Shown: one piece after another, positions 1-9,360 of the stretch
Layout: the number at the start of each line of letters is the position of its first letter
How positions within the stretch are numbered: position 1 is the stretch's first letter
NCBI GenBank assembly: GCA_051382305.1
Contig: JBBCAV010000292.1
Span: 1 to 31,400 of the forward strand
DNA length: 31,400 nt
Direction of reading: 5' to 3'
Source: Bdellovibrionota bacterium FG-2
GTDB lineage: Bacteria; Bdellovibrionota; UBA1018
The notes under the pieces: generated by a model
Database searches by the model: none
What the model was told of the DNA's origin: nothing
Seen by the model: only the letters and a program-made list of their open reading frames with translations
Program-made: the position numbers and the translations under genes

Positions 1-1
1 A

Positions 2-424
2 CTTTCGGGAGTGACCGTGGATTCTCCGATTATGCAGGAGGAGATTTTTGGGCCCATTCTTCCGTTGGTTTCGTATAAACACATTGACGACGCGCTAAAG
101 ACTATTCAGTCCAAAGAGAAGCCGTTGGCGCTGTATATTTTTAGCGAAGATGAAGAGCGGGTTGAGGAGATTCTTAGAAACACCACTGCAGGTGGAACGT
201 GTGTGAATAGTTTGGTTGTGCATCTCGCAAATCACAACTTACCCTTCGGCGGTGTGGGACAAAGCGGGCAAGGGAACTATCACGGGTTTTATGGATTTAG
301 AGCCCTGTCGCATGAACGTGCCGTTTTGACTCAAGGGGTAGTGGATGTTCTGAAGTATTTTTACCCGCCCTACAGTGAACGGGTGAAGAAACTGATCTAT
401 TTTGCGACGAAGCATATAAGTTGA
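2..424 (+). CDS. Aldehyde dehydrogenase (ALDH3/coniferyl-aldehyde-type), C-terminal part; gene starts before the window
   Basis: Frame is open from base 2. ALDH motifs MQEEIFGPILP, KPLALYIFS and LPFGGVGQSGQGNYHG are present, with the YPPY tail typical of ALDH3-like enzymes. Confidence 0.92.
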   Translation, partial: LSGVTVDSPIMQEEIFGPILPLVSYKHIDDALKTIQSKEKPLALYIFSEDEERVEEILRNTTAGGTCVNSLVVHLANHNLPFGGVGQSGQGNYHGFYGFRALSHERAVLTQGVVDVLKYFYPPYSERVKKLIYFATKHIS

Positions 425-433
425 GAGTGAGAA

Positions 434-1392
434 ATGAATTTGGCTGAAATCAACATCCTTATTCAGGAAGGTGAGGGCCTTTGCGTCGAATTTAAGGAAA
501 AATATACCCCTAAGATTGCTTAGGATATTTGTGCGTTCGCTAATTCGGTGGGAGGTAGGATTCTTCTCGGAATTAGCGACGAAGGCGAGATCAAGGGTGA
601 GAGTCTTTCCGGGGCTATGAAAGCAGAAGTTTTTAGTGTTGGTAGGAACTGTGATCCACCCATTGAAGTTACGGTAGCTCAAGTTGGGCAAATCGTCGTA
701 GTGAGTGTGCCTGTGGGAGATGAAAAGCCACATGCTTGTGGAGGGGTTTATTACAGGCGGTTTGATGCGGTGACGCAGAAACTAAATCGAAATGAAATAA
801 AGTCTTTATTTGAAGCAGGCGCACATCTTCATTTTGATGAAAAACTGAATCCGACTGCCACGATCGCGGATTTGTCACTTGAAAAGTTTCGCGCCTTTAT
901 CAAAGAAACTGGTAAACTCATTGCGGTCACTAAAACATCTATGTCACTTTTGCTTGAAAGTCTGAGACTGATTCATGGAGGTCGCGTCACCAATGCAGGA
1001 GTGATGATGTTTGCGAATGATTCAGGAAAGTTTTTGATGCATTGTCAGGCTCACTTGGTAATCGGAGCGCATGGGATCTGGAATTGGGCGAATACGAAAG
1101 CTATTAAAATCGGCTGGAGTCAGGGCACCTAGGTTTGAGAGTGATTCGTTTTTTACAGTGACTTTTGAGCGGCCCGAGGAATACCGGTCAGTCAAAGAGG
1201 GCTTAGCTTCGGAAATGTTCCCAGAGGATTGTGGATCTTATCAGGCAAAACCCGGCGATTACGCTTACCGAAATGGCAACTCAAATCGGCATTAGCGATC
1301 GAGCTGTAAAGAAGCATCTCTTTAATTTGAAAGCCAAGGGAGTAATTAGTCGCGTGGGGCCCGATAAGGGTGGGCATTGGGAGTGTTTATAG
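434..1392 (+). pseudogene. Disrupted AlbA_2/Schlafen DNA-binding + HATPase-like + C-terminal winged-HTH protein
   Basis: ATG434 reads MNLAEINILIQEGEGLCVEFKEKYTPKIA*DICAFANSVGGRILLGISD, with an in-frame TAG at 521-523. Near 1060 the gene jumps by frameshift and large deletion to ERMGSGIGRIR. A second shift near 1220 gives QRIVDLIRQNPAITLTEMATQIGISDRAVKKHLFNLKAKGVISRVGPDKGGHWECL*, with the stop at 1390-1392. Confidence 0.88.
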
Positions 1393-1647
1393 TTAGCGCT
1401 CCTGATTCAACTCAGCTTGTGTTTGATAAAATTCCTCTTTTGTGATTGCAGTCCATTCGGTGGTGGCGCCAGACCTCCATCGATTCGTTTGCGTATCCAG
1501 AAGCTCAAAGTGTGTTTCTCGCGTTTGCTGCGACGGGATCGAAATGGCGAGATAACTATAATTCTTGGCAACCTGATCGTCCGTAACAAGTGCGACAATG
1601 AAAAATTGGCCGTTCCTTTGACCTAAGTGTTCTAAGTGTGGATCCAT
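1393..1647 (-). CDS. Hypothetical protein (84 aa), possibly the 3' remnant of a longer decayed gene
   Basis: ORF MDPHLEHLGQRNGQFFIVALV...QER has protein-like composition and its stop abuts the pseudogene end. No motif recognised. Confidence 0.3.
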   Translation of the reverse strand: MDPHLEHLGQRNGQFFIVALVTDDQVAKNYSYLAISIPSQQTRETHFELLDTQTNRWRSGATTEWTAITKEEFYQTQAELNQER

Positions 1648-2184
1648 ACCGAACCATGATCGTTGGGGCCTAGAAAAGAAACTTACAGAAAAATGTAGGG
1701 AAAGTGATTCAATATTTTGTATGTCGCGGGAGTGACTCGGCACAGTACTATTGCTGGTATCGAAAATGCGGATTCGACGTGCCCCTTCCGCTCAGAGAGA
1801 GATTTTGGCGCTCGAAAATAGGTGTCAATCGCGGATTCCTCAACCTTTTTTGAGTTTATCAAAGTAGGCAGATCGAAGTGTCGAAATAGGCAATTTTAGA
1901 AGATGACCCAGATTGTCCTGCCCGGACTGGACAGGCTCCCGTCCTTTTTCTATCTTTTTAAAGGGGGCGATCATCATATCGAGATCATCTTGTGCATTTA
2001 CGTTGCCGCTACCGCGCTAAATCCCCAGTCCCGAAGGGACTGCATGGTTCCTGCCGTCTATATGTCCAAAGGGCTATTGAATACCCCCCAATGAACGAAA
2101 CGAATCCTACGGCAACAAAAATATGGAATACATTGTTGCGACTCACTAATCTTGTCCCCCTGCGTTCCCAGATCATGATCGTAC

Positions 2185-3141
2185 TCACCCAATCTTAATC
2201 ACTTCTTCTTCCAGAGTTACGCCCAACTCCTTTAGCGCCCGCGCCTTCGCAAGTCCAATCAGTGCAACCACATCGGCAGCAGTGGCCCCGCCTAGATTAA
2301 TAACGAAGTTGCAGTGCTTTTCCGCAAACTGAGCCTTACCGATCGTGTGCCCACGAAGACCCAATTTTTCAATCAGCTGCCAAGCAAGAAGCGTCGCACC
2401 GTCCGCCGTTTTTGGATTCTTAAACACGCTTCCACAAGAGGGAAAGTTCAGCGGCTGCGAAGATTTTCTCCGCTCCAAGATAGATTCAATCCCCCGCGAA
2501 ACTTCGGCGGGGTCCCGTTTTGAGATCTCCCACTCCGCTGCCCAAAGAAGGTTTCCGGGCTGAATCAATAAATTCCTGCGATAAGCAAAATCAGTGGATT
2601 TAGTTTGAATTGATAGTAGGTGTTCCGATGGATTCGTAAGTGAAAAAAGCTCAATGCGTCTTAAGATGTCTTTCGCCTCGCCCAAATTGGTCCCGGCATT
2701 CATAAAGACCGCTCCCCCAACTGAGCCCGGGATGCCGGCCAAAAATTCCAGTCCGCCCCAGCCTTCTTTGCTCGCACGCCTTAAGAGGCCAAAGAGTTGA
2801 AGGCTCGCCCCGGTCCGCAGGCGAAGCCCGTCTTCAGATTTGTGAACCGAGATCTCTTTGTTCATCTTGTGGGTGCGAATGATTAGGCCATCAAACCCTT
2901 CGTCAGGAGCAAGAACATTGGATCCCGCTCCCAAAAGAAAGTAGGGGATACTCTGCGCCGAAAGAAGTTCTGCGAGAATTTGAAGATCCTCAAGTGAGCG
3001 AGGAACTACGAAAATTTTGGCCGGGCCCCCGATTCGATAGTAAGTGTGACGAGAGAGCGGCTCATCAAATATGATTTGACCCTTAAAATCCTTTTCTCGG
3101 TCGTTGATCCAGGCTTTCGCCGCTGCGGTTTTTTCGCTCAT
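2185..3141 (-). CDS. murB: UDP-N-acetylenolpyruvoylglucosamine reductase
   Basis: Motifs RIGGPA, LGAGSNVL, GIPGSVGGAVFMNAG, PSCGSVFKNP and KHCNFVINLG; ATGA overlap with murC. Confidence 0.97.
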   Translation of the reverse strand: MSEKTAAAKAWINDREKDFKGQIIFDEPLSRHTYYRIGGPAKIFVVPRSLEDLQILAELLSAQSIPYFLLGAGSNVLAPDEGFDGLIIRTHKMNKEISVHKSEDGLRLRTGASLQLFGLLRRASKEGWGGLEFLAGIPGSVGGAVFMNAGTNLGEAKDILRRIELFSLTNPSEHLLSIQTKSTDFAYRRNLLIQPGNLLWAAEWEISKRDPAEVSRGIESILERRKSSQPLNFPSCGSVFKNPKTADGATLLAWQLIEKLGLRGHTIGKAQFAEKHCNFVINLGGATAADVVALIGLAKARALKELGVTLEEEVIKIG

Positions 3142-4541
3142 AATTTCTCAATGAGCTGCTCAGGAAGCCGGGTAATTGATCCCGCGCCAAAACAAAGAGC
3201 CAGATCGCCTTCTTTAAAATATTCCAACGTCTTTTTACAGGCGCTTGAAAGATCGCCTACATAATGGATTTTTTGGTGCGGGAGCGCCACCTTCGCTATT
3301 GCAGAAGTAAGCAAAGAGGCATGAACCCCGTCGATAGGTTCTTCGCCTGCGGCATAAATATCGGTCATCATGACAACATCGGCATGATGAAAGGCGGTGA
3401 GGAATCCGTCATGACAATGCAAGGTTCTCGAAAAACGGTGAGGTTGAAAAATCGCGATGATTCTGCCAGGCCAAAAGCCGCGAGCGGCAGCGAGGGTGGC
3501 GGCGATTTCAGTGGGATGGTGACCATAATCATCGACAATCGCACGTTGAGTGGCTTTGTCTTCCCATCGGATCTCAAAACGCCTTTTGACACCTTGGTAA
3601 GCTTTAAGTCCTGCCGCAATCACCTCGATACTAAGACCTAGCTCGCGCGCAATCACAATCGTGGCAAGAGCATTGAGGACATTGTGTTTGCCTGGAATGT
3701 TGAGTTGAATGTCACCTAAGCGTTCGTGCGCCCCAGTCGTGGGGCTCTTGGTAGTGACCTCAAACTTTGTTCCCATGCCTACCGAGACGATGTCTATAGC
3801 GGCGTACTGACATTCATTGGAAAAACCATAAGTGACATGAGGCTTCTTAAATCGACTCAGGACTCGGTGAACGCCCGGGTCTTCGGCGCAAACGGCCACG
3901 ATCCCGTAAAAGGGAAGTTTCCCCACAAAATCGACAAAAGCATTTTCTATGGCCGCCAGATTTCCGAAGTGATCGAGGTGATCATTGTCAATGTTGGTAA
4001 TAATCCCGTAAGTGGCGGGCAAGTGCAAAAACGATCCATCGCTTTCGTCGGCCTCAGCTACGAGGTATTTTCCTTGGCCAAGTTTTGCATTCCCACCCAA
4101 GAGATCAACTTTTCCTCCGATGACGAGAGTCGGATCTAATCCCGCGGAGGTAAGAATCGTGGCAAGCATCGAAGTTGTAGAGGTTTTTCCATGCGTGCCG
4201 GCAACCGCGATCCCGGTTTTTCCGCGCATCAACTCGCCCAGCATCTCGGCGCGAGGAATCACGGGAATGCGAAGACGAGTCGCTTCAATGACTTCGGGAT
4301 TCGAGGGTTTAATTGCAGAAGAGATGACAACTACGTTTGAACCCTGGACATGTTGAGAGGAGTGGCCCAGGTGAATTGTGGCGCCAAGTTCTTGAAGTCT
4401 ACGCGTGGTGTCCGATTCGGCGGCATCCGATCCGCTAATACGATAACCTTCTCGTAGAAATACTTCCGCAATCCCGCTCATGCCGATTCCACCAATTCCC
4501 ACAAAGTGGAGCTGCATTTTAGCCTTTTTCCCGTAAACCAT
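3138..4541 (-). CDS. murC: UDP-N-acetylmuramate--L-alanine ligase
   Basis: Motifs HFVGIGGIGMSGIA, AGTHGKTST, EADESDGSF, DDYGHHPTEI and FQPHRFSRT. Confidence 0.98.
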   Translation of the reverse strand: MVYGKKAKMQLHFVGIGGIGMSGIAEVFLREGYRISGSDAAESDTTRRLQELGATIHLGHSSQHVQGSNVVVISSAIKPSNPEVIEATRLRIPVIPRAEMLGELMRGKTGIAVAGTHGKTSTTSMLATILTSAGLDPTLVIGGKVDLLGGNAKLGQGKYLVAEADESDGSFLHLPATYGIITNIDNDHLDHFGNLAAIENAFVDFVGKLPFYGIVAVCAEDPGVHRVLSRFKKPHVTYGFSNECQYAAIDIVSVGMGTKFEVTTKSPTTGAHERLGDIQLNIPGKHNVLNALATIVIARELGLSIEVIAAGLKAYQGVKRRFEIRWEDKATQRAIVDDYGHHPTEIAATLAAARGFWPGRIIAIFQPHRFSRTLHCHDGFLTAFHHADVVMMTDIYAAGEEPIDGVHASLLTSAIAKVALPHQKIHYVGDLSSACKKTLEYFKEGDLALCFGAGSITRLPEQLIEKL

Positions 4542-5653
4542 TAGGCAGATGTTACCTTTCTTGTTGGGATGCTGTCTAGCTCAGTTAGCAATTCTTTAAC
4601 AATGTCGCGAGCGGCAAAGGGGCGGTAGAATTTCCGGACGCCTTCTTCGAGCGCTTCAAGCTTCTTTGGCTCCTCGATAAACGTTCTTATCACGCGCGCA
4701 AGATCCTCGCCTGAGGCCCCTTTTTGGGTCATTAAGATGGCGGCCGCCGGGTCGGAAAATACGCGAGCATTCTTTTCCTGGTGGTTGTCGGAAGCGAAAG
4801 GAAAAGGAACAAGAATAGCAGCACGGCCGACAGCGGCGATTTCACTTAAGGTAGAGGAGCCGGCTCGGCAGATTAAGAGCGAGGCTGATGCGTAAGCGTC
4901 CCTCATCTCGTAAATGAATTTTTCGACTTTTGAATTAAATCCCGTCTTTTCGTGTCCTTTTTTAACGCGCTCAAAATCGCGTTCGCCCGTCTGATGAATA
5001 ATCCGAAGGCGAGGCTTTAGATCGATCAAGAAACTTAAAGCGTCCAGCACAAGAGTGTTAATTCCTAAGGCCCCTTGGCTGCCCCCAAAGATAAAGACCG
5101 TAAATGGCTCTCTTGGGGCCTGGGGCAATGGTTGCATGTCGAGCCGAATAGGGTTTCCTGTGACAAAGACATTAGCGTTAGGAAAACAGCCTTCGGTCCC
5201 TGGAAAAGCGCAAAACACTGTCTTCACAAAACGACCTAGGATGCGATTGGTAATGCCTGGAATTGAATTTTGTTCGACAATGGCGCGAGGAATTCCCAGA
5301 ACCCAAGCCATGAGCACGACGGGACCAGAAGCATATCCGCCGACACCCACGACGCAGGCAGGTTTCTCGCGGCGAAGAATGCGAAAAGACTTCAGAAGCG
5401 CGCCAGGGAGTTGGCTGAGGGTCTTGAGTTTTTTGCCAAGCGAGACCTGATTGAGGGAACCCAGCGAAAGAAGCTCAAGGGGGAACCCGGACTTTGGAAC
5501 GAGTCGTTCTTCAATTCCATTTTTGCATCCCACAAAAAGAATGGGGGCCGACTCATGAGTTTGCTTGCGCCACTCCTGCGCTATGGCGACCCCAGCGAGA
5601 ATATGTCCCCCGGTTCCACCACCCGCCACCATAAGTTTAGGAGGATTTTGCAT
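4541..5653 (-). CDS. murG: Lipid I N-acetylglucosamine transferase
   Basis: Motifs GGGTGGH, GGYASGP, EQN, TGNPIR, FGGSQGA, RAGSST and HQEKNA. Confidence 0.98.
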   Translation of the reverse strand: MQNPPKLMVAGGGTGGHILAGVAIAQEWRKQTHESAPILFVGCKNGIEERLVPKSGFPLELLSLGSLNQVSLGKKLKTLSQLPGALLKSFRILRREKPACVVGVGGYASGPVVLMAWVLGIPRAIVEQNSIPGITNRILGRFVKTVFCAFPGTEGCFPNANVFVTGNPIRLDMQPLPQAPREPFTVFIFGGSQGALGINTLVLDALSFLIDLKPRLRIIHQTGERDFERVKKGHEKTGFNSKVEKFIYEMRDAYASASLLICRAGSSTLSEIAAVGRAAILVPFPFASDNHQEKNARVFSDPAAAILMTQKGASGEDLARVIRTFIEEPKKLEALEEGVRKFYRPFAARDIVKELLTELDSIPTRKVTSA

Positions 5654-6824
5654 GGATACTCCTTAAGGGGCCTTTTGAGATATTGAGTAGAACGCCCACG
5701 GAAAACAAATCAACAAGAAGAGCCGATCCACCGTAACTGACAAAAGGAAGCGTCAGCCCCTTTGTGGGAAGAAGACCCATGACGACTGCCATATTTATAA
5801 ACCCCTGGACCGAAAGGGCAAGGGTAATGCCTGCAGCTAAAAGCATTCCAAAGGTGTCTTGATAGTTAAAAAAACTTCTCCAGGCGATGCGAAGACCACG
5901 ATAGGTAAAATAAAGATACGCGCCGGCTACTGCGGCGATTCCGATAAAACCCAGCTCTTCACCGATAACAGCAAAAATAAAGTCATTATGAGCTTCGGGT
6001 AAGTAGAAGAGTTTTTCTTTTCCGTTACCTAGCCCCGCGCCCCAGAAACGGCCATTATGAAGTCCCACGAGAGATTGAAGGATTTGAAATCCTTTTCCAC
6101 CCGGGTCAGACCAGGGGTCCAAGAATGTCGTGACTCGGGTCATACGATAAGGACTCTTTAAAATCAGAATCGCGCCCGCAGCGGTGATCAAAAAGATGGC
6201 ACTGAGCCAATATTTCTTGGGGACTCCCGCAAGAAACATCAGCGCGAAAATTACGATTCCGATCATGACGGTGGTGCCAAAGTCAGGTTGAAGTAACAGC
6301 AGAATCATTGTGGGCAGGGGTACGATAAAGTAGGCTAAAAAACCTGCAGTAAAATTATTAAATCGATCTTTCTTCGCGTGCAGCTGTTTTGCGACAAAAA
6401 AGATGACGGCAAATTTGGCAAGTTCGCCGGGTTGAAAACTCAGCGGCCCCAATCTAAGCCAACGTTGAGCTCCACCCGCCTTCAATCCTATGCCAGGAAT
6501 CAAAACAGCAATCAAAAGGAGAAGTGCGCCGCCCAAAAATGGGTAGGCCCACTTTTCCCATTTTTGATATTCAACGCGATAGCTTAAATAGAGTGCGCCA
6601 AAACCAATGCAGGCGAAGAGTGCCTGCTTCTTAATAAATGAAAAACCATCCCCGGTGCGCTCCTGCGCAAAAATAAACGAAGAGCTGTAAACCATGAGGA
6701 GTCCAAAAAGGACGAGCAAAGTGACAGTGACCAGCAGGAGGGCATCAAAACTGCCGGGAGAAGGCGCGGGGCCTTCCGAAGGAACGAGGCGTCTAAACAG
6801 AGATTTGAGCTTCTCTTTGTTCAT
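5637..6824 (-). CDS. ftsW: SEDS peptidoglycan polymerase FtsW
   Basis: Multi-TM protein with GAQRW, QPGELAK, QPDFGT, YLPEAHNDFIF and LPFVSYGGS; dcw position. Confidence 0.97.
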   Translation of the reverse strand: MNKEKLKSLFRRLVPSEGPAPSPGSFDALLLVTVTLLVLFGLLMVYSSSFIFAQERTGDGFSFIKKQALFACIGFGALYLSYRVEYQKWEKWAYPFLGGALLLLIAVLIPGIGLKAGGAQRWLRLGPLSFQPGELAKFAVIFFVAKQLHAKKDRFNNFTAGFLAYFIVPLPTMILLLLQPDFGTTVMIGIVIFALMFLAGVPKKYWLSAIFLITAAGAILILKSPYRMTRVTTFLDPWSDPGGKGFQILQSLVGLHNGRFWGAGLGNGKEKLFYLPEAHNDFIFAVIGEELGFIGIAAVAGAYLYFTYRGLRIAWRSFFNYQDTFGMLLAAGITLALSVQGFINMAVVMGLLPTKGLTLPFVSYGGSALLVDLFSVGVLLNISKGPLRSIHAKSS

Positions 6825-6839
6825 GGCCTCTCAAAAGTC

Positions 6840-8222
6840 TTAGAGTTGTGTAACGAGCTTTCTGAAGTAGTCTCCCCGCTCTTCGAAGTTTCGAAACATA
6901 TCGTAGCTGGCACAGCCCGGAGATAAGAGGATTATGTCGCCACTTCTGGATTTTTGATAAGCCAAGAGGACCGCTTCTTCGAAGGTCCCTACAAGATAAG
7001 TCTCGGCAAGATCCCCAACGGCTCGGTTAATCTTTTCTTTGGCCTCACCCAAGAGAATAATTGTCTTACAGCGTTTTTTAACAAGGTCGCCCAAAACGGT
7101 GAAGTCACCGTTCTTGTCTCGTCCACCTGCAATTAAAATGATGGGGTTGTTCATAAAAGAAGCCAGGCTGCGCTTTACGCTCATCACGTTAGTGCCCTTG
7201 GAGTCATTAAAGAAATAAACGCCGTCTTTTTTGCGGATGAATTCGAGGCGATGAGGAACGCCCTTGAAGGTGTTGATCACGGTCTGAATCGCCTTGGGGT
7301 TGATCCCCATCGCGCGGGCGGCGCAGATCGCGCCTAGAAGGTTTTCTTTGTTGTGATCCCCGAGCAGTCGGTACTGGGTGAGATCATAGGTTTCTTCGCG
7401 GCCTAAAATTTTTGCGACAATTTGGCGGGCGGAGGAGTTGTAGTAGGCTCCGTTAAAGCCCTCGGCAAAAGCGCCGCTGACTTGAATAGGGTTCTTCTTG
7501 GTAAACCAAATGAGCTTGCCTTGGTTATCGCCAGAAAAGTCCTTGATGTTTGGATCGTCGTGATTGAGGACGACGTAACTGTTCTTGTCGCAGAAGTTTA
7601 GGAACTTCTTCTTTGATGCCACATACGACGACATGTCGCTGTAGCGGTCGAGATGGTCTTCTTCAAGGTTTGTAAAGACCGCGGTGGCTGGGGTGCATTT
7701 TTCAAGAAGATCAATTTGAAAACTCGAAACCTCAGCGATGACGGCGTCACATTTCATGCCTTCGGTGACATAATCGAGAAGGGGTTGACCGATGTTTCCT
7801 CCGACATAAACAGCCTTATTGTCAGCTTTAAACATTTCGCCAATGAGCATGGTGGTCGTGGTCTTGCCATTGGTGCCCGTAATGGTAATTAGGGGCTCTT
7901 TGAGGGCGTTAATGGCGAGTTCAAGTTCTCCGGTGATGGGGATGTTCTTTTCGCGCGCTTCATCTAGGGGTTTGGTGTTCAGGGGAATCCCAGGGCTCAC
8001 GACAATGAGTTCAGCGGCTTGAAACGTCTTGGAATTATGCTTTCCTAACTCGTACTCGATTTTGAGATCAGCGCAGGCTTGAATCGATTCGGAGAGTTCA
8101 CTCTTTTGCTTCATGTCGGTGACGGTGACCTTGGCGCCTTGCTTGCTCATGTATTTGGCAGTCGCGACCCCCGACTTTCCAAATCCAACAATAAGTACTT
8201 TTTTTCCCCTAAATTTACTCAT
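6840..8222 (-). CDS. murD: UDP-N-acetylmuramoyl-L-alanine--D-glutamate ligase
   Basis: Motifs GFGKSG, VSPGIP, ITGTNGKTT, EVSSFQ, DHLDRY, NDSKGTN and LSPGCASYD. Confidence 0.98.
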   Translation of the reverse strand: MSKFRGKKVLIVGFGKSGVATAKYMSKQGAKVTVTDMKQKSELSESIQACADLKIEYELGKHNSKTFQAAELIVVSPGIPLNTKPLDEAREKNIPITGELELAINALKEPLITITGTNGKTTTTMLIGEMFKADNKAVYVGGNIGQPLLDYVTEGMKCDAVIAEVSSFQIDLLEKCTPATAVFTNLEEDHLDRYSDMSSYVASKKKFLNFCDKNSYVVLNHDDPNIKDFSGDNQGKLIWFTKKNPIQVSGAFAEGFNGAYYNSSARQIVAKILGREETYDLTQYRLLGDHNKENLLGAICAARAMGINPKAIQTVINTFKGVPHRLEFIRKKDGVYFFNDSKGTNVMSVKRSLASFMNNPIILIAGGRDKNGDFTVLGDLVKKRCKTIILLGEAKEKINRAVGDLAETYLVGTFEEAVLLAYQKSRSGDIILLSPGCASYDMFRNFEERGDYFRKLVTQL

Positions 8223-8235
8223 TTAAAACCTTTTC

Positions 8236-8259
8236 CTATCTCAGTTTCTATCTCAGTTT
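8236..8259. repeat. Perfect 12-bp tandem duplication of the last four codons of mraY
   Basis: CTATCTCAGTTT occurs twice in tandem (minus strand AAA CTG AGA TAG, twice). Confidence 0.9.
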
Positions 8260-9324
8260 CAAAGTCGAGAGCGTCAGCAAAGCTAAAAGAATCGAAATAA
8301 TCCAAAACCGCACAATGACCTTTGGCTCCGCCCAGCCTGTGAGTTCAAAGTGATGGTGAATGGGAGCCATTTTGAAAACACGCTTCCCAGTCATCTTGAA
8401 GGACGTAACCTGTGCCATCACGGATAGCGCTTCCACTACAAAGATTCCGCCACAAAGAGCAAGGATAATCTCATTCTTAGTGATGACCGAGACGACCGCC
8501 AAGGCTGCGCCGAGCGCAAGCGAGCCGACATCACCCATAAAGACTTGGGCAGGGTAGGTGTTGAACCATAAGAAGCCGAGACAAGAGGCGGCAACGGTCC
8601 CGCAAAAAATAGAAAGCTCTCCAGAGCCCGGGATGTAAGGAATTTGAAGGTATTCAGCAATTCTCGAGTTTCCGGCACAATAGGCTAAAATTAGAAACGT
8701 CGCAGAAGTCGTGATCGTCGGACCCACGGCCAGACCATCGAGGCCATCAGTGAGGTTGACGGCATTTGAGGCGCCTACGATAACAAAGGCCGCAAATGGA
8801 ATAAAAAAAGCGCCCAAGTAAAGCGACCAGCCCTTAAAGAACGGAAACTTTAGATCAGGGGTGGTGTCTCTTAAATAATAAATGAGATAGGCGGCGCCCA
8901 GTGCGATAATCGTTTGAGCGATGAGTTTCTGTTTTCCAGAGAGCCCTTTTGGGTTTTTCTTGATGACCTTGCGGTAATCGTCCACGTAGCCAATTACGGC
9001 AAAAAGCAGAGTCGTGATCAAGGCAATCCAAATGTTCTTGTTCGTTAGATCCGCCCAAAGAAGAGTGGGGATGGTGATTCCAAGAAGAATTAGGGCTCCT
9101 CCCATTGTCGGGGTTCCTTTTTTTGAAAGGTGACTTTTGGGGCCATCCTCGCGAATGACCTGCCCCATTTGTTTGCGTTGAAGAAAGCGAATAAAGGCGG
9201 GGCCTACCAAGAGACAGAAAAAAATGCTTGTGATGCTCGCACCAAAAGTTCGAAAGGTGATGTATTTAAAAACGTTGAGAAAACTGTATTGCGTGTGCAA
9301 CGGAAAGAGGAGGTGGAAGAGCAT
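8248..9324 (-). CDS. mraY: Phospho-N-acetylmuramoyl-pentapeptide transferase
   Basis: Motifs KKGTPTMGG, DDY, NAVNLTDGLDGLA, VFMGDVGS and MAPIHHHFE. Confidence 0.98.
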   Translation of the reverse strand: MLFHLLFPLHTQYSFLNVFKYITFRTFGASITSIFFCLLVGPAFIRFLQRKQMGQVIREDGPKSHLSKKGTPTMGGALILLGITIPTLLWADLTNKNIWIALITTLLFAVIGYVDDYRKVIKKNPKGLSGKQKLIAQTIIALGAAYLIYYLRDTTPDLKFPFFKGWSLYLGAFFIPFAAFVIVGASNAVNLTDGLDGLAVGPTITTSATFLILAYCAGNSRIAEYLQIPYIPGSGELSIFCGTVAASCLGFLWFNTYPAQVFMGDVGSLALGAALAVVSVITKNEIILALCGGIFVVEALSVMAQVTSFKMTGKRVFKMAPIHHHFELTGWAEPKVIVRFWIISILLALLTLSTLKLR

Positions 9325-9360
9325 GTTTGGATGCTACAGATTTTCAAAAGGCAATGTCAA
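9325..9360 (-). promoter_or_regulatory. Internal sigma70-type promoter for mraY, probably leaderless
   Basis: Minus strand reads TTGACA (9360-9355, overlapping the murE TGA), 18 bp, TAGCAT (9336-9331), 6 nt, then ATG. No SD sequence. Confidence 0.7.

Noticed and set aside
521-523. In-frame TAG as possible stop-codon readthrough or recoding
   Set aside because: TAG ends intact genes here (mraY, nfnB, mazF), and the same gene has further frameshifts and a deletion.
2026-2042. Hairpin CAGTCCC-GAA-GGGACTG as the murB terminator
   Set aside because: It has only a 7-bp stem, lies about 140 bp from the stop, and lacks a proper U-tract.
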